Below are positions 60,745 through 64,000 of a stretch of DNA of 64,000 bases, piece by piece (positions within the stretch are counted from its first letter, which is position 1; each line of letters starts with the position of its first letter). The DNA comes from Camelus dromedarius (taxonomy: Eukaryota). The notes under the pieces were generated by a model that was not told the origin of the DNA, did no database searches, and worked only from the letters and a program-made list of their open reading frames with translations. The translations under genes and the position numbers were made by a program. Location: assembly GCF_036321535.1 (NCBI RefSeq), contig NC_087472.1:91576001-91640000 (forward strand). The letters run 5' to 3'.

Positions 60745-63700
60745 TCAACTTTTTAATTGTTGTTGAGGTGATAACACAGGATCTACTCTCTTCACAATTT
60801 TTAGGTGCACAATATAGTATTGTTTAATATAGTCACAATGTTGCACAGCAGATCTCTAGAATTCATTCATCTTTCATAACTGAAACTTTATACCAGGTGA
60901 ACAGCAACTCTCCATTTTTCCCTCCCCCAGTCCCTCTGTGTTTCTGTATTTGACTATTTTAAATACCTCATATAAGTGGAATCATGCAGTTTTTTGTCAT
61001 TCTGTGACTTACTTCATTTAGAATAATGTCCCCTAGGTTCATCCATGTTGTCCTATAAGACAAGATTTCTTTAATTTTTAAGGCTAAATAATATTCTATT
61101 GTATGTATATGCCACATTTTTTCTCCATTTATCTGTTGATCAACATTTGGGTTGTTTCCATATCTTGGATAATGTAAATAATGGTGCTATGAACATAGGA
61201 ATGAAGATATCTCTCTGAAATACTAATTTCATTTCATTTAGATATACAGTTGATCCTTGAACAATGTGGGGGTTAGAGGAGCCCACAGGCACACCTGGTA
61301 TAACTTTATGGAAATACATTGTAATTTCTGTGTGATATTTTTGCTTTTTCATTTCTCTAAATAGGTTTCTATGTAGTACCAATTCTTTTTCTACCACTTG
61401 CTTTAGTTTCAGTGCCTATGTCATAGAAGGTCCATGTCATAAAAATAATCAAAAGCAGTCTTGAATAATCAGACCCTTCTGCCAGACTGTCTAATGTCAA
61501 TTTGTTTTCTGGCACTGCTTCTTCTACATCTTCTTCCTCATCGTCTGGCACTAGCTGGGAAGCACTCATTTCCATCAAGTCATCTTCTGTTAATTCCACC
61601 GGTGTGGTGTCTATTAGCTCCTGCAGTTCTCCAAGATCCATATCTTGGAATGTTTCACCCTCCACCTCTTTTTTTTTCTTGGCCATATCCACAGTCTCTT
61701 TCATGATGTCCTTGATTGGCTCTGTCATAAATCCTATGAAATCACACACAACATCTGGACAGAGTTTTCTTCAGTTTATTGTTTCAGGATTGATGGCTTT
61801 CATGGCTTTTTCTGTAACAAGGATGATATCTTCAGTGGTGCAATCTTTCCAGACTTTCATGATGTGCTCTCTGTAGGGGTTCTTTTCCATAGTGTTACCA
61901 ATCCTTTCCATAGAATATGGTGCACAATGAGCCTTAAAGGTCCTTATGACCCCCCCCCCCCCCGCAACCTACAGGCTGAATTAGAGATGTTGTGTTTGGG
62001 GCAAGTAGACCACTTTGATGCCTCCTGTGTTGAACTCATGGGGTTCTGAGTGGCCAGAGGCATTGCCAAACACCAAAAGAATTTTAAAAGGAAGCCCTTT
62101 GCTGACAAAGTACTTCTGACTTCAGGGACAAAGCATTGATGAAACCAGTATGAAAAAAGGGTTCTTGTTGCCTAGGCCTTCTTATTGTACAATAAAGACT
62201 AGCAGCTGGTGTTTATCTTTTCCCTTCAATCCTCCAAGGTTAGCAGCTTTATAGATAAGGGCAGACCTGATCATAAATTCCACTGCATTTGCACAAAACA
62301 GTAGTTAGCCTATCCCTTCTTGCCTTATATCCTGGTGCTCGCTTCTCTTCCTTACCAACACACGTCCTTTGTGGCACTTTTCCCCCGGAATAGGGCACTT
62401 TCATCTGCATTAAAAACCTGTTCAGGCAGACATCCTTTCTCCTCAGTGATTTTCTTAATGACGTCTGGAAACTCATCTGCTGTCTCTTGGTTGGCAGAAG
62501 CTGATTCTCTTGTTATTGTGGCATTTTTAAGCCAAACCTCTTTCTAAAATTATCAAACCATCCTTTGCTGGCATTAAATTCTCCAGTTTAGATCCTTTAA
62601 CTTCTTTTTGCTTTAGGTTGTCATATAGTGACTTTGCTTTTTTTTTGAATCATATTAGAGTCTATAGGTATGTCTTTCTTACAGAAATCCTGCACTTACA
62701 TAAAAGCTATATTTTTAATACTAAAGTTAAATTTCACAAAATGTGCAAGGTTTTCATACCTGCCGGTGTAGCTGCAGCTACACCTTCATGAATTTCCTTT
62801 TCTTTTTAAAATAATGGTCCTTATGCTGGATTCATTCATTTTGAAACAGTGGCAACCCCAGCTGCATATTAAGCAATTCAACTTTTTCTTGTAATGTCAT
62901 GACTTTTCTCTGCTTCTTGGGAGCACTTCCAGCATCACTAGTGGCACTTTGTATGGGGCCCATGGTGTTATTCAGGATTTACAGTATGGTACTAAACACG
63001 ATGAGAAATACTTGAGAACGAGAGATCCCTTTTTACTGAGATACACAATTTACTAGAGAAACGGACTGCTCATGTGGAGATGATGGTAGTCTTAAGCTGA
63101 TATTAAAACTCACTGCAAAAGCAACAGGAGTTGGCTATGAAATTATTACAGTAGGACAGTATGTACCAAGCAGTTATAATTTAATACTGTATCTTTACAC
63201 TTGTTTACACTTCTCTCATATGTGAATGGTGCTTTGCATGGTCTGTAAATGTATGTGCATAGGTTTGGATAAATTTTACCTTTTTATAATAGATTTGTGT
63301 ATATTTTATGGTAGGAAATAATAAAATAGACTAGTATCTACATATATTTTATGCATGCATGACATAACCTCACTTTTTCTTAATTTTTTTTGGATATTCC
63401 TAGGCTATGTAGTTCATCTCTGGGTTTTTTCAAGTTGCTCCAAATCATCAAAAAGTTTTACAATATATTTATTGAAAAAAATCCATATATAAGCGGATGG
63501 TGCAGTTCAAACTTGTGTTGTTCAAGGGTCAACTGTATATTCAGAAGTAGGACTGCTAAACCATATGGTAGCTCTCCTTTCACTTTTCTAAGGACTCTCC
63601 ACGCTTTTCCATAATGGCTGTGGCAATTTATATTCCCACCAACAGTGTACAAAAAGTCTCTTTCTTTCTTCAACACCCTTGCCAACACTTGTTGTCACTT

Positions 63701-64000
63701 ATCTTTTTGATAATAGCTATCCCAACATGTGTCAGGTGATATCTTACTGTGGTTTTTATTTGCATTTCTCTGTGGATCAGTTATGCTGAGCACCTTTTCA
63801 TATACCTGTAGACCATTTGTATGTCTTCTTTGGAAAACTACTCAGATTCTTTGCTCAGTTTAACTGAGCTATTTTTTTAAAATTAATTTGTTTGCTATTG
63901 AGTTGTATGAGTTCCTTATGTAATTTGGATGCTAGCTTCTTATCAGATATATGGTTTGTAAACATTTTCTCCTATTCCACAGGTTGTCTTTTCATTTTGT
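60745..64000 (-). mobile_element. L1 split by the Tigger2 insertion (60745-61246 and 63536-64000), running off the window
   Basis: Joining the flanks gives atttcatttagatatatattcagaagtaggactgct, a typical antisense L1 ORF2 segment. Confidence 0.85.
61247..63535 (-). mobile_element. Tigger2 (TcMar-Tigger DNA transposon), near full length, with a disrupted transposase
   Basis: TIRs CAGTTGATCCTTGAACAA and TTGTTCAAGGGTCAACTG with TA TSDs. Minus-strand ORF fragments have Tigger/pogo transposase sequence (FQDMDLGELQELIDTTPVELTEDDLMEM; PQRTCVGKEEKRAPGYKARRDRLT). Inserted into an L1. Confidence 0.9.

Noticed and set aside
61369..61749. Possible TIGD1-like domesticated transposase gene
   Set aside because: Fragment of a frameshifted Tigger2 transposase lying between TIRs.

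Overview
Mammalian genomic DNA, most likely from a camelid X chromosome (inferred from two Vic-1-type tRNA-Ala-derived SINEs and from MAGE-B genes being X-linked). Bases 1-28.7 kb are gene-free intergenic DNA full of L1, L2, MIR and MaLR/ERVL fragments. Bases 28.7-59.8 kb are a tandem MAGE-B cancer/testis gene cluster on the minus strand. It contains two intact genes with single coding exons: a MAGEB1/B4-like gene (CDS 30107-31156, 349 aa) and MAGEB3 (CDS 48798-49838, 346 aa). It also holds one full-length pseudogene (41214-42242), one 3'-only remnant (~36489-36671) and the 3' flank of a fifth unit at ~58.8-59.75 kb. The three full-length copies each carry a degenerate ~200-250 bp repeat array of promoter/first-exon modules. 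Other elements are a decayed class I (ERV1) provirus with both LTRs, a tRNA-Arg PBS, a PPT and a 4-bp TSD (53922-58791), two Tigger1 deletion derivatives, and a Tigger2 nested in an L1. I found no new biological system. The most interesting observations are a 5-bp insertion that gives the MAGEB1-like protein a new C-terminus ending in a PDZ-type motif, short near-identical tracts between paralogs that suggest gene conversion, and a 5' tRNA-Lys half fused in inverted orientation to an L1 insertion. All alignments and translations outside the supplied ORF track were done by eye, and family assignments rest on recalled consensus sequences.
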